Notes: generated by a model not told the origin, from the letters alone. Shown: positions 21,901 to 32,552, numbered from the stretch's first letter. The stretch: 42,790 nucleotides of DNA from Reclinomonas americana ATCC 50394 (GCA_048213135.1 PS015136.1:80190-122979); one strand, 5' to 3'. A program made the numbers and translations.

Positions 21901-24900
21901 NNNNNNNNNNNNNNNNNNNNNNNNNNNNNNNNNNNNNNNNNNNNNNNNNNNNNNNNNNNNNNNNNNNNNNNNNNNNNNNNNNNNNNNNNNNNNNNNNNNN
22001 NNNNNNNNNNNNNNNNNNNNNNNNNNNNNNNNNNNNNNNNNNNNNNNNNNNNNNNNNNNNNNNNNNNNNNNNNNNNNNNNNNNNNNNNNNNNNNNNNNNN
22101 NNNNNNNNNNNNNNNNNNNNNNNNNNNNNNNNNNNNNNNNNNNNNNNNNNNNNNNNNNNNNNNNNNNNNNNNNNNNNNNNNNNNNNNNNNNNNNNNNNNN
22201 NNNNNNNNNNNNNNNNNNNNNNNNNNNNNNNNNNNNNNNNNNNNNNNNNNNNNNNNNNNNNNNNNNNNNNNNNNNNNNNNNNNNNNNNNNNNNNNNNNNN
22301 NNNNNNNNNNNNNNNNNNNNNNNNNNNNNNNNNNNNNNNNNNNNNNNNNNNNNNNNNNNNNNNNNNNNNNNNNNNNNNNNNNNNNNNNNNNNNNNNNNNN
22401 NNNNNNNNNNNNNNNNNNNNNNNNNNNNNNNNNNNNNNNNNNNNNNNNNNNNNNNNNNNNNNNNNNNNNNNNNNNNNNNNNNNNNNNNNNNNNNNNNNNN
22501 NNNNAAAACGCAGGGAGGAGAGAGGAGAGAGAATGGAGATTCACGATCCAGCGCTTAATTCCGGAAGCAATGCTCTCATGCAGGCGAACATGCTCCAGAT
22601 AATGACGGTGCCACCACGGGTGCCGCGCCACCCTCCGTCGTCTCAAGCAATCGACAAGAGACAGACCCCGCATTCAGAAGCGAAGGTCAAGCGCTGAACC
22701 GCAAACCCACATCCCTCGCAACCACCACACAAGCGAACCAAGAGATGACANNNNNNNNNNNNNNNNNNNNGTTTGGGTGGATGCGAAGGAGCTGCCTCTC
22801 TACCTCGTCTTTAATTCTCCATCGTGTTTCTCTTTCTTCTCTATTGAGCTTCCTGCATGTGTGTGTGCGAGGTGCCTCTGCAACATCTGCGTCTTTCTTT
22901 TGATCGAGTTTCCGCTGTGTTGTATGTGTTAAGGGGAAGGGTTAATGCGTAAGAGTGAGACGGGTAGTTTGCGCTATGTGGTGGGAGAGTCTGTGTTATG
23001 ACTTGTGACAACTTTGCGATATTTCTTATTTGTATTTCGCTATTTCTTGCCTTTGCTGTGCCACTTCGTTTGTTGGCGCTTGTCTGCTGTCANNNNNNNN
23101 NNNNNNNNNNNNNNNNNNNNNNNNNNNNNNNNNNNNNNNNNNNNNGGCCGGGTTGCACCACACAGCCATTCCTCCGGACTCCTCCCAACACCACCACTCC
23201 ACTTCCGACAGTGCCACCAATTGCAACCAACACGTGCAACAATTGCAAGCAGTACAAGTAACGGTCGACGACGCAAAGAAAGAGAAAAACGGCAGTGTTG
23301 ACTCAAGACGTTCACAAACCGGGTGGGAGGGAGGGCTCAACAGGAAAGAAAGTGAAAAACAAGAGGAGTGTGTAAGACTCCGATCGTATTTTCACTTTAT
23401 GAAACCATGATATTCCAACAGTGGAAATCTGGATTNNNNNNNNNNNNNNNNNNNNNNNNNNNNNNNNNNNNNNNNNNNNNNNNNNNNNNNNNNNNNNNNN
23501 NNNNNNNNNNNNNNNNNNNNNNNNNNNNNNNNNNNNNNNNNNNNNNNNNNNNNNNNNNNNNNNNNNNNNNNNNNNNNNNNNNNNNNNNNNNNNNNNNNNN
23601 NNNNNNNNNNNNNNNNNNNNNNNNNNNNNNNNNNNNNNNNNNNNNNNNNNNNNNNNNNNNNNNNNNNNNNNNNNNNNNNNNNNNNNNNNNNNNNNNNNNN
23701 NNNNNNNNNNNNNNNNNNNNNNNNNNNNNNNNNNNNNNNNNNNNNNNNNNNNNNNNNNNNNNNNNNNNNNNNNNNNNNNNNCAACAGTGAACGATCAGAG
23801 TCAACACAATGACGGGAAAGATCTGGAAACAACAAACAAAAGAAATTGATGACAAAAGCAGGAGTGTGAACATAAAAACAGTGAACACGAAGCACATACA
23901 CCACATGCACTATCCACTGTACATAAACCCGAATCACTACACAGACACGATTCAAGCCCACCCCCACTACACAGGCCACGCACGACACAAACAAACACAG
24001 AGTACGTCACTTAGCCATCACAAATGACACAGTCGTCTGGCCCATCGTCCACCGCCGTCGCCTGCTCGAGGGGACGAACACGCGAATAGACGGCGGCAAA
24101 CACCTCAGCCACAAGCCGCCCCGGTGGTGGCACATCATTTCTGATGTACAAACGATGAGTATCGTCAGACTTCCACCCAGCCACCGAGTTCAGCTGCGTA
24201 GCTTCTACACCAAGCGCGTTGGCGGCCGTAGCCCCACCGCACGTGGATGGGGTAGTATACGTACCCCGCTTGCCTCCAAGCTCCTCCTCACCACCCTCGT
24301 CGCTGGGTTCTTCGTCGTCTTCGGTGACGAACTCCACATCCTCCTTGGTCATGGCCTTGCGCGCCTGCACACGCTTGCCCCTGCCATAGTCATCTTGCTG
24401 ATCCAGCGGCGCTGAAAGGCCGTCGTAAAGCCTCTTGGACATGGATGATGTGGTTGACTGTTGTCTCTCTCAACAGGAAAGAAAGTGAAAACGGCGCTGA
24501 AAGGCCGTCGTAAAGCCTCTTGGACATGGATGATGTGGTTGACTGTTGTCTCTCTCAACAGGAAAGAAAGTGAAAAACAAGAGGAGTGTGTAAGACTCCG
24601 ATCGTATTTTCACTTTATGAAACCATGATATTCCAACAGTGGAAATCTGGATTATACTTTTCACATTGCTGATGTTGTCGACGCGCAGCGCGCGCACGCG
24701 CGTCGCTGCAATTCGTCTGCGTACCTTACATGAGCGGTTGCGCCACCAGGTCCACGCTATGTATGTAGCACCGCAGAGAATGAGCGTTCCCAAGAATGTG
24801 GTTGTGTGAAGATTGATACGCAGCGAAAGGGAGTGGGCAGTTACCTTGTGCAGCACTTGTACAAGGATCACTTGATTGATCACGAGAGAATATGTCGGAG

Positions 24901-25940
24901 ACGCCGTGGTAGGGACTGGGTTCCACCTGCTGCAACATCAACAAAGCATCGCATTCGCAAACTCCGCACTGTAACGTAACGAAGGGTTTCCATTGGCCAG
25001 CGCAGACACTACACTGACAACTTTGACAAGATCGGCTGCGTCGCCGGTGAGACTGATGTACAGGTCGCACGAGTCGGCACAAGTGATGTAGAACTGAGAA
25101 GAGATGTTGTGAGTAGGCAGCTGGCGCAGCGATGTGAGTACATGCATAAAGTGGGCAACGCACAGTGTACGAGTTGTCAGTGGGTATGGTGACGAATGTG
25201 GTGAGGCGAGTCGAAGAGTTACCTGCATGTACAGCGCACAAGTACGCACGCATGCGTAAAACCGCATGTGACTGTAAGTACCAGAACAGAGACGCCGAGC
25301 GCTACGACATGTTCACGTGCAATGTGACGCACTAGCTGTGGCCGAGTATGCAAATGACGTCGTCAATGGGAAGCAAGACGTCGCCGCCGTCGAAAAGCTG
25401 TTCAAGTGCGGTCGAAATTAGGGCTAAGTGGTGGATGCTCACATTTCGAAATGTATATGCCGACCCTATGCATGTGTGCCCCAGAGCGTAACTCAGCATT
25501 TGACACAGACGACCCAGGTTGACCAGTCCAGCGTTCCGCCAGGACTCCAGAGGTGGTAGCCGACACACTTGATCGACAACCCGTTACAGTTCGCGACAGC
25601 TGCGCAAGCGCTCTCGTGAGTCTGGGGTGCCATACATTCGACTCAAGGCTTGAGCGCACAGCCAGTCCGCAACAGTGGTGAGCGTGGACCGCACTGCAGA
25701 GTACGGCATGAACGACAATGCGGTTGTCGCTCCTGTTGCAAGTTCAATGAAATGATCAGAACATGCATATGCACAAGCAGCACGTACGCGTACGCGTGCT
25801 ACTGTTGCCCATTAAGCATCGCAAGTTAACGCACCTGCGCCTCTTCCAGTCAGCACGACTATGCATGTGCACATCGCGAAGGCCAGCGCAAGACATGTAC
25901 AAAGAGCGTCTGCAGCACGACTGCGCATGCGCATGCGCAT
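15984..25940 (-). CDS. Large type-I membrane adhesin-like protein: signal peptide, ~8 cadherin-like repeats (two interrupted by PA14 domains), 3 IPT/TIG-like domains, TM helix, cytoplasmic tail
   Basis: Signal-like exon (ATG ~25940, ...LCTCLALAFAMCTCIVVLTG). Repeats follow NxAPxxIxLS...IGxLSTxDxN...FTYxI...FxxxGxxL...VxxTDxGG, mostly one per exon. PA14 motifs GVLRERW, DNYASQLTAYVTIPATNTYVFWVAGDEETALFLST and FSKYPSQQS...LQVRHKEQTGVDFVQVRW. IPT-like FSPT...LTVTGTGL occurs three times. TM GTVVGSVVLIAAILFLTWYCLVM is followed by RRRR. The termini are less certain than the domains. Confidence 0.8.
21684..21719 (+). repeat. Element left-end repeat, copy 1 (36 bp, identical to 23782-23817)
   Basis: CAACAGTGAACGATCAGAGTCAACACAATGACGGGA occurs twice. 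Confidence 0.95.
23336..23435 (+). repeat. Element right-end repeat, copy 1 (100 bp, identical to 24554-24653)
   Basis: CTCAACAGGAAAGAAAGTG...TTCCAACAGTGGAAATCTGGATT occurs twice. Confidence 0.95.
24011..24442 (-). pseudogene. 143-aa ORF: acidic N-terminal segment fused to a tyrosine-recombinase C-terminal remnant
   Basis: YTTPSTCGGATAANALGVEATQLNSVAGWKSDDTHRLYIR resembles the YR motif (H-S-x-R)-xGGATAA...GV...GxWKSD...YIR. The HxxR is degenerate and the upstream catalytic Arg region is missing. Confidence 0.6.
24407..24576. repeat. Perfect 85-bp tandem duplication inside the element
   Basis: 24407-24491 equals 24492-24576; it duplicates the ORF start and part of the right-end repeat. Confidence 0.95.
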
Positions 25941-26401
25941 GGTGAAGAGCTCCACTTGCTGTTGGAGTCCGACGCACAGGCAAACACTGATAGCACTGCA
26001 GCGCGAACGAGTGCAGAAAAGTTCAGTGAGTTCGCGCATGCGCAGCGCAGAGCGCGCTCTGCAGACACGTGAAACAATTGGGCTGCGAACACACTCTGTG
26101 CACGCACGTTTGTGCTGTGGTGGGGCTTCAACTCCGCGCTCCAGCAGCTGACGAGGCAACGATCTCTCCAAGGAGTCGCACAACAGTGGGGGACGCAGTG
26201 CGAGCCGTTGCGATATTGATGATGTAAAAATTGTATCCGGTTTGTCGCCTGACGCAGCGCTGCTTGCAGGTGTGTACGCGTTGAATTCGCAGGAGTAGTT
26301 TTTACGCGGCAGCGGAGTCTCAAGCTCACACTGTGTGCCCTTGTGCATGATCTCCTGCTGGTCCTGTCCCACATGCATCTTCTGTCCTCTTCAATTCGCG
26401 A

Positions 26402-26770
26402 ATGGGCTTCCTCCGCTCCTTCTTTGCCGCCATGCTCTCCCTCCTCGTGGCCGCACTGGTCACCTCTGCCGTCGAATCCGTCAACACCACCGTGCTGTTC
26501 CCGATGCCCGAGGAAGTCGCCCGCGTCATGACCGAGCTGCGCACACAACACACCGATCTGGCCATGGACAAGCTGCGCGAGTGGATCGCCACACTGCCGG
26601 CACTGGCCCTGTGCATTGTGTTGGTGGGGCATGCAGCTGGTGCCAGTGCAGCCGGCCTCACTCTGCGGTGGGTGGCGCCCGGCAGCTCCGCCTACTTTGG
26701 ACTGTTGCCGGTGCTGGTGTTGGTCATTGGAGGTTGGTGTGCATGCAGGAATCTTGATCCTCTTTGGTGA
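26402..26770 (+). CDS. Small hypothetical membrane/secreted protein
   Basis: ATG-initiated ORF with a signal-like N-terminus (MGFLRSFFAAMLSLLVAALVTSA), two further hydrophobic segments and GC3-rich codons; no recognisable family; 3' end uncertain. Confidence 0.45.
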   Translation: MGFLRSFFAAMLSLLVAALVTSAVESVNTTVLFPMPEEVARVMTELRTQHTDLAMDKLREWIATLPALALCIVLVGHAAGASAAGLTLRWVAPGSSAYFGLLPVLVLVIGGWCACRNLDPLW

Positions 26771-26859
26771 TCCGCGCTCATCTCCACGCAACAGCGGTGA
26801 CCATGATGCGCATGCTGCCGCATCCGTGGTGGTTCTTGGCCATTGATTTCCCCCTGTAT

Positions 26860-28115
26860 CCACTCTGCGTGTTTGGCTTGATGAGATCACGCGCTGCACG
26901 ACCATTGCCACCACCACCACCTCCCCGCGCAGACAAGACAGAGTGACGTCTCTCTCTCTCTCATTGTAGCGTCTTCTGCGACCACTCAACATGCATTCCT
27001 GCAGACGTGAGAGGTTCTTTCTTGACCACTATCCCTTGTGGATTGACTTTGCGCTCTTTGGCGTGATGGGAGCACGCGCAAGGCCGCCACCTCCACCACC
27101 TCCTCGCGCAGACGAGACAGATTGAGTTGTCTTCCTCTTGCATTACTCCTCCCGTATGATTCGGGCTCCTCCGTCGTCGTCGTCTTCTTCGTCGTCAGCT
27201 CTTCTTCTGCTTGCTGTAGTTGTTGTTCTTCTTCCTCTCCCTCACTCTTCTCTTTGGCCACGGTCGCGCGCAATGCCGCCACCACCACTACCACCTCGAG
27301 CAGACAAGACAGACTGACTTCCCTAGCATCCGACGTCTTCTGCATCCGCTCAACATGCATTCCTGCAGACGTGAGAGTTGTTCCTTTCTCTGCTCTCTTG
27401 GTCACTATCCCTTGTGGATTAACTTTGCGCTCTTTGGCGTCATGGGAGCACGCGCAAGGCCGCCACCTCCGTCTCCTCGCGCAGACAAGTCAGATTGACT
27501 TCCCTTGCTTCCCTCGTCTTCTGCATCCGCTCAACATGCATTCCTGCAGACGCGAGAGGTTCTTTCTTGATCTTCTCTCTACTTTCTTGGCCACTATCCC
27601 TGGTGGATTGACTTTCCGCTCTTTGGCGTGATGCGATCACTTGCAAGGCCGCCACCACCTCTGCCTCCTCGCGCAGACAAGATAGATTGACTTTCCACTC
27701 TGTTTCGTGCTTCCGTCGTCTTCTGTCTGCATCCACAGCCACTTATACCTCATCCTCTCTTGCTTCGTTTGCTCCTCTCCTCTCTCATGACCACCATCCT
27801 TGACATTGCACTGTTTCCACTCTGCGTGTTTGGCGTGATGTTATCGCGCGCTCCACGGCCACCACCACCTCGAGCAGACAAGACAGACTGACTTCCCTAG
27901 CATCCGACGTCTTCTGCATCCGCTCAACATGCATGCAGACGTGAGAGGTTCTTTCTTGTTCCTTTCTCTGCTCTCTTGGTCACTATCCCTTGTGGATTGA
28001 CTTTGCGCTCTTTGGCGTGATGGGAGCACGCGCAAGGCCGCCACCACCTCCGTCTACTCTCGCAGAAAAAAACAGATTGGCTTCCCTTGCTTCCCTCGTC
28101 TTCTGCATCCACTCT
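26860..28115. repeat. Degenerate tandem array, ~7 units of ~180-200 bp
   Basis: Marker GCAGACAAGACAGA-TGAC (with variants) near 26928, 27108, 27300, 27481, 27672, 27874 and 28062; CTCAACATGCAT at 26985, 27349, 27530 and 27923. Confidence 0.85.
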
Positions 28116-28217
28116 GTTCTCCTTCGTCCTCCTCCATCTCATTCTCCTCTCGCAATGTATTATTTAAACATTCTCCACTTCCTTCTCCTTTCTTTCTCCC
28201 TTCCCCCCTCTCCTCTC

Positions 28218-31200
28218 TCATCTCCTCATGGGCAGGGGAGAGAGAATAGACGGCAGCTGCTCCATCGTCTCCTTCTCCACATCCCGTCGGGGGTCGAGGA
28301 ACTCGTTCAGCGACGGCAGAGAAATGCTGGGCTGCGAGTGCATGAAAAGGCAAATTAGCAACGGCACTCTCCTTCTCCCTCCCTTTTCAGCAGCACTCAC
28401 CATGAGGAGCAGCACGGCTGGCAATCCGAAACGCGCAAACGAGAGACCAATCAGCCACTCGTTGCGGGCGGCGTGGTTCTCAAACATAATGTCGACGGTG
28501 CGAGAGTCGGTGATCACGCTGAGGCACAAATCCTCGCCTGCGCGCGCGCACAACTGCGATTGAGTGACACAGAACGACAGCACAGGCGCTTTCACAATTC
28601 GACACGCAACTCTTGTCAAGGTCCTGACGGATGCGGCGATCGCCCTTCAGCGTCGGCGTCTGCACACCGGCGGCCACGTGCCAGATGGAGGCCAGCGCAA
28701 TGGAGCTGTTGAGGGACTTGGCTGAGGAGCCCCACTGCAGCTGCTTGCCGTCGTCGGACAAGCGGAAGAATCGGCGGTGCGGCTTGGAGTGGCGACTGAA
28801 AATGTACTTGGTGAGGACGGCGCCCTGCTTCACCGACTGCACCGCGCGACTCGCTGCGGCCTCGGCATGCGCGGCGCGGCGGCTCTCCAGCACCTGGCTG
28901 AGTTGAGTGCGACGCATCTCCGCCTGTTCCATGAAGAGTGAGTGAGCATGACAAGAAAACTACAACGAAAACAACAAGTGCAGACTCACCCTGAACAGCG
29001 CCGGCGCACTGGCCATCGTGCCCGAGGCGACCACGTCACCGGTGCGCGCCGAAAGGGGTCCGCCAACCGGACCAGTGCCAGCCAGCGCCACGCCGGAGGC
29101 GGCAGCGGCGCCTGCGCGCATCTCACGCTCCACCGTCGGCACGTGCTCCTCGTGCACGACCACACGCGAGGCCAGCGGCTTGGCCATTTGCGCGTAGCCC
29201 TCGTGTTCCTTGGTGATCATCACATTGTCGTTGGTGGACTGCGAGTCGTCGGCCGTGTTGTGGCTGGCACACTGGCCGGGAGTGATCCACAGCATCAGCT
29301 CGCCCTCCATAGAACCCAGTGGCGAAGCGCCGGTCGCCGTCGGCGCGTCCTTCTTGGCATCGCCGTGGTCGCCACCAAAGTCAGTGGCGTCGTGCTCCTC
29401 CTGCTGCTGCGCAGGAGCCTGCGAGAGGCCAATGGAGCAGGCCTCCTCCTCCTGTTCCCTCGACGATTCCACCACCACATCTGACTTGTCGGTCGCGGTG
29501 GCGACCGGCGTCTCAACGGCGCTGTGCTGCGACGTCGGCAGAGACTCGGCGACCAGATCGTCGCCGGTGGATGCAGTCGCGTCTTCGCCCTCCATAGCCA
29601 TTGCCTGCTCCTCCTCCTCCTCCTCCTCCTCCTCGTCACCGCCCTCTGAGCGTGAGCCCTCCGGATCGAGCTCGTCGTGCGTGTTGTTGTCGGTGGCGGG
29701 GGCGGGGGCGGGGGCGGCTGGTGGAGCCTCGTCGACCTCGACAACCGGTGCGACTGCCTGTGCCGCAGTGGCTGCTGCCGCTGCTGCTGCTGCTGCCGCC
29801 GCCGCAGCCGCCTTGGCCTGTTGCGCGGCAAGGTTCTTGGGAATGGGCAGAGGCTGCGCATGTTTAGCAGGATGAGAACGGGAGAAACATGAAAACATAA
29901 ACTTTGTGCAGGCCACTGTCTCACCTTGCCCACTCGCTCGTCGTCCGTGGCCAGCAGTTCGAGACCAAAGCTGCCCTCGCTCACCTCGCCCTCGTTGTTC
30001 TCCAGGCTGCGCGGAATGTCGAGAGTGCTTCCAGCCGCCGGGTGATTGCTGAGCTCGGCGGCCAGGATCTCCTGCTGCTGCGCCACGCGGCGCACGTCAC
30101 GAAACACACTCGTCAGTGCCACGGAAATGGGCACTGGCGTGTTTCGGCCGGCGTGCAGCACCGGCTGTACTTCTGGCGACGGACCCGTGACAATGAACGA
30201 GGCGAGCAGGAGGCGACATTCGGCCAGCGCCTGCTTGTCGTTCTGGCTCAGCATGCCAATGAGGCGGGCGTTTGACTGCGCCGCCAGCACGGCCTCGTCG
30301 CACGAGCTGTCGTGGCTGTCGGAGCTGGCCATGAGGCCGCGAACTTGCACTGTGGCCGGCGGGAATTCGTACACCTGCAAAGGGGAGAAGCGGTGAGGCA
30401 GTGAAGAGAGGGGGCTTACGCAGCACAAACAAACACACACCGTTGTCACGCCACGACCGGCGCTGGAGCTGCTCGTGTCGTCGGCGCGCTGGCTCGTCGC
30501 CTTTTGCTGGGCGACCTCGTTGACGAATGTGTACTTGCGCAGGCGGTGGCCTTGCACGCGCTCGTTGAAGTTGCGCTTGGGGGAGGACTAAAGAGGGGAA
30601 GGGGCGGTGAGGGGAAGGGGGAAAAGGCGGTGAGGAAAAGGGGGAAGGAGGGAAATTTCAAGGAGGGGAAGGAGGGAAAGGAGGGAGAAGGANNNNNNNN
30701 NNNNNNNNNNNNNNNNNNNNNNNNNNNNNNNNNNNNNNNNNNNNNNNNNNNNNNNNNNNNNNNNNNNNNNNNNNNNNNNNNNNNNNNNNNNNNNNNNNNN
30801 NNNNNNNNNNNNNNNNNNNNNNNNNNNNNNNNNNNNNNNNNNNNNNNNNNNNNNNNNNNNNNNNNNNNNNNNNNNNNNNNNNNNNNNNNNNNNNNNNNNN
30901 NNNNNNNNNNNNNNNNNNNNNNNNNNNNNNNNNNNNNNNNNNNNNNNNNNNNNNNNNNNNNNNNNNNNNNNNNNNNNNNNNNNNNNNNNNNNNNNNNNNN
31001 NNNNNNNNNNNNNNNNNNNNNNNNNNNNNNNNNNNNNNNNNNNNNNNNNNNNNNNNNNNNNNNNNNNNNNNNNNNNNNNNNNNNNNNNNNNNNNNNNNNN
31101 NNNNNNNNNNNNNNNNNNNNNNNNNNNNNNNNNNNNNNNNNNNNNNNNNNNNNNNNNNNNNNNNNNNNNNNNNNNNNNNNNNNNNNNNNNNNNNNNNNNN

Positions 31201-31952
31201 NNNNNNNNNNNNNNNNNNNNNNNNNNNNNNNNNNNNNNNNNNNNNNNNNNNNNNNNNNNNNNNNNNNNNNNNNNNNNNNNNNNNNNNNNNNNNNNNNNNN
31301 NNNNNNNNNNNNNNNNNNNNNNNNNNNNNNNNNNNNNNNNNNNNNNNNNNNNNNNNNNNNNNNNNNNNNNNNNNNNNNNNNNNNNNNNNNNNNNNNNNNN
31401 NNNNNNNNNNNNNNNNNNNNNNNNNNNNNNNNNNNNNNNNNNNNNNNNNNNNNNNNNNNNNNNNNNNNNNNNNNNNNNNNNNNNNNNNNNNNNNNNNNNN
31501 NNNNNNNNNNNNNNNNNNNNNNNNNNNNNNNNNNNNNNNNNNNNNNNGGGGGGAGAAGGGGGGAGAAGGGGGGAGAAGGGGGGAGAAGGGGGAGAAGGGG
31601 GAGAAGGGGGGAGAAGGGAGGGGAAGAAGGGGAAGGGGTTACGAGGGACGGTGGGAAGGAGGGAGAGGGAAGAGGGTACAGAGAAAGAAGAGAAGGAGGG
31701 GAAGGAGAAGAAGGAGGGAAAGGAGGGTGAAAAGAGAAGGAAATGAGAAAAAGAAGAAAGCAGACGAAGAACAGAAAGGAGGAGGGCACGAGACAACGAA
31801 AGGAGAAGACATGCAGGCAAATAGAGAGAATAAGAGACGAGTCCACACAGCAGAGAGGCGCACTGAGAAGACAGCAAGGACTGCTCAGTAAAAGAGCGCA
31901 GGTAAACAGAGACATGTAAAATGAAGACAGAGGAGATGCAGACATGATGACT

Positions 31953-31988
<36 letters not shown>

Positions 31989-32552
31989 GCACCACAATCC
32001 CTTCTCTTCATGCAAGACACTCACCAGCGGATTCGGCATCGAGATCGCCATCTGCTCCCAAAACAACTGCGCGNNNNNNNNNNNNNNNNNNNNNNNNNTT
32101 TCTCTGGCGCTTGCGCACATGCTTGGAGGCACGTCGCGTCCATCGTGCCCTCCTTCGCGCCGGGCTAATGTACACCTCTGCAGAGTTCAACTCTACAGTA
32201 GCTTCTGCTGCCGGCGCCTCTGTCGCCTGCTCCTCTTGTGTCTCCTCCATGACAACAACAATCGTGGGAATGTCTTCGCAAGGAGGCGCTTGCTGTTGCT
32301 GTTGTTGCTGCTGGGGAGTGCAAGGCGGTGCTGCTCGATGATGCCCCGGTGCGTAGCGGTTCCACACGGCATCGCCATCGCTCTGATCGCTCTGTGTGGA
32401 TGGGACGAATATGCTCGCCGCTGTCAGCTTCGATATCTTGCAGAACACAAATGAATGAGAGAGAGAGAACGCACCACGTGGAAGAGTGCATAGCCGAGCT
32501 GTTCGCGCAGGCTACCGCCGGCGTCGTCGGGGGAGAGCCACTGAGAGTCCAT
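28218..32552 (-). CDS. Multi-exon protein with low-complexity acidic/Ala regions and a C-terminal PLC/Mcp5-type PH domain
   Basis: VKQGAVLTKYIFSRHSKPHRRFFRLSDDGKQLQW...IWHVAAGVQTPTL...S|EDLCLSVITDSRTVDIMFENHAARNEWLIGL. Upstream exons splice in frame from ATG 32552, but two N gaps interrupt the model. Confidence 0.72.

Larger units (their letters stand above)
21676..24654. mobile_element. Non-autonomous mobile element, two head-to-tail units, inserted in adhesin intron 21657-24724 (tyrosine-recombinase/Crypton/DIRS-like or Helitron2-like)
   Basis: Left end 21684-21719 equals 23782-23817; right end 23336-23435 equals 24554-24653; ATTA lies at both outer borders; imperfect subterminal inverted repeats; terminal hairpin 24623-24650. 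Removing the insertion leaves a normal 93-nt intron. Partly obscured by N gaps. Confidence 0.7.

Noticed and set aside
21676-24654. Fanzor/TnpB or intact transposase within the element
   Set aside because: No RuvC, zinc-finger, DDE or HUH/helicase motifs in the visible sequence; the gaps total only about 1 kb and cannot be assessed.
26860-28115. CRISPR array or snoRNA cluster
   Set aside because: Units are long and degenerate, most intervals are homologous rather than unique spacers, there are no cas genes, and no consistent C/D or H/ACA boxes were seen.
30446-32132. 400-500-aa ORFs spanning N runs (also at 1619-3277, 21423-22697 and 37045-38342)
   Set aside because: Artefacts of assembly gaps and GA/CT-rich intronic sequence.
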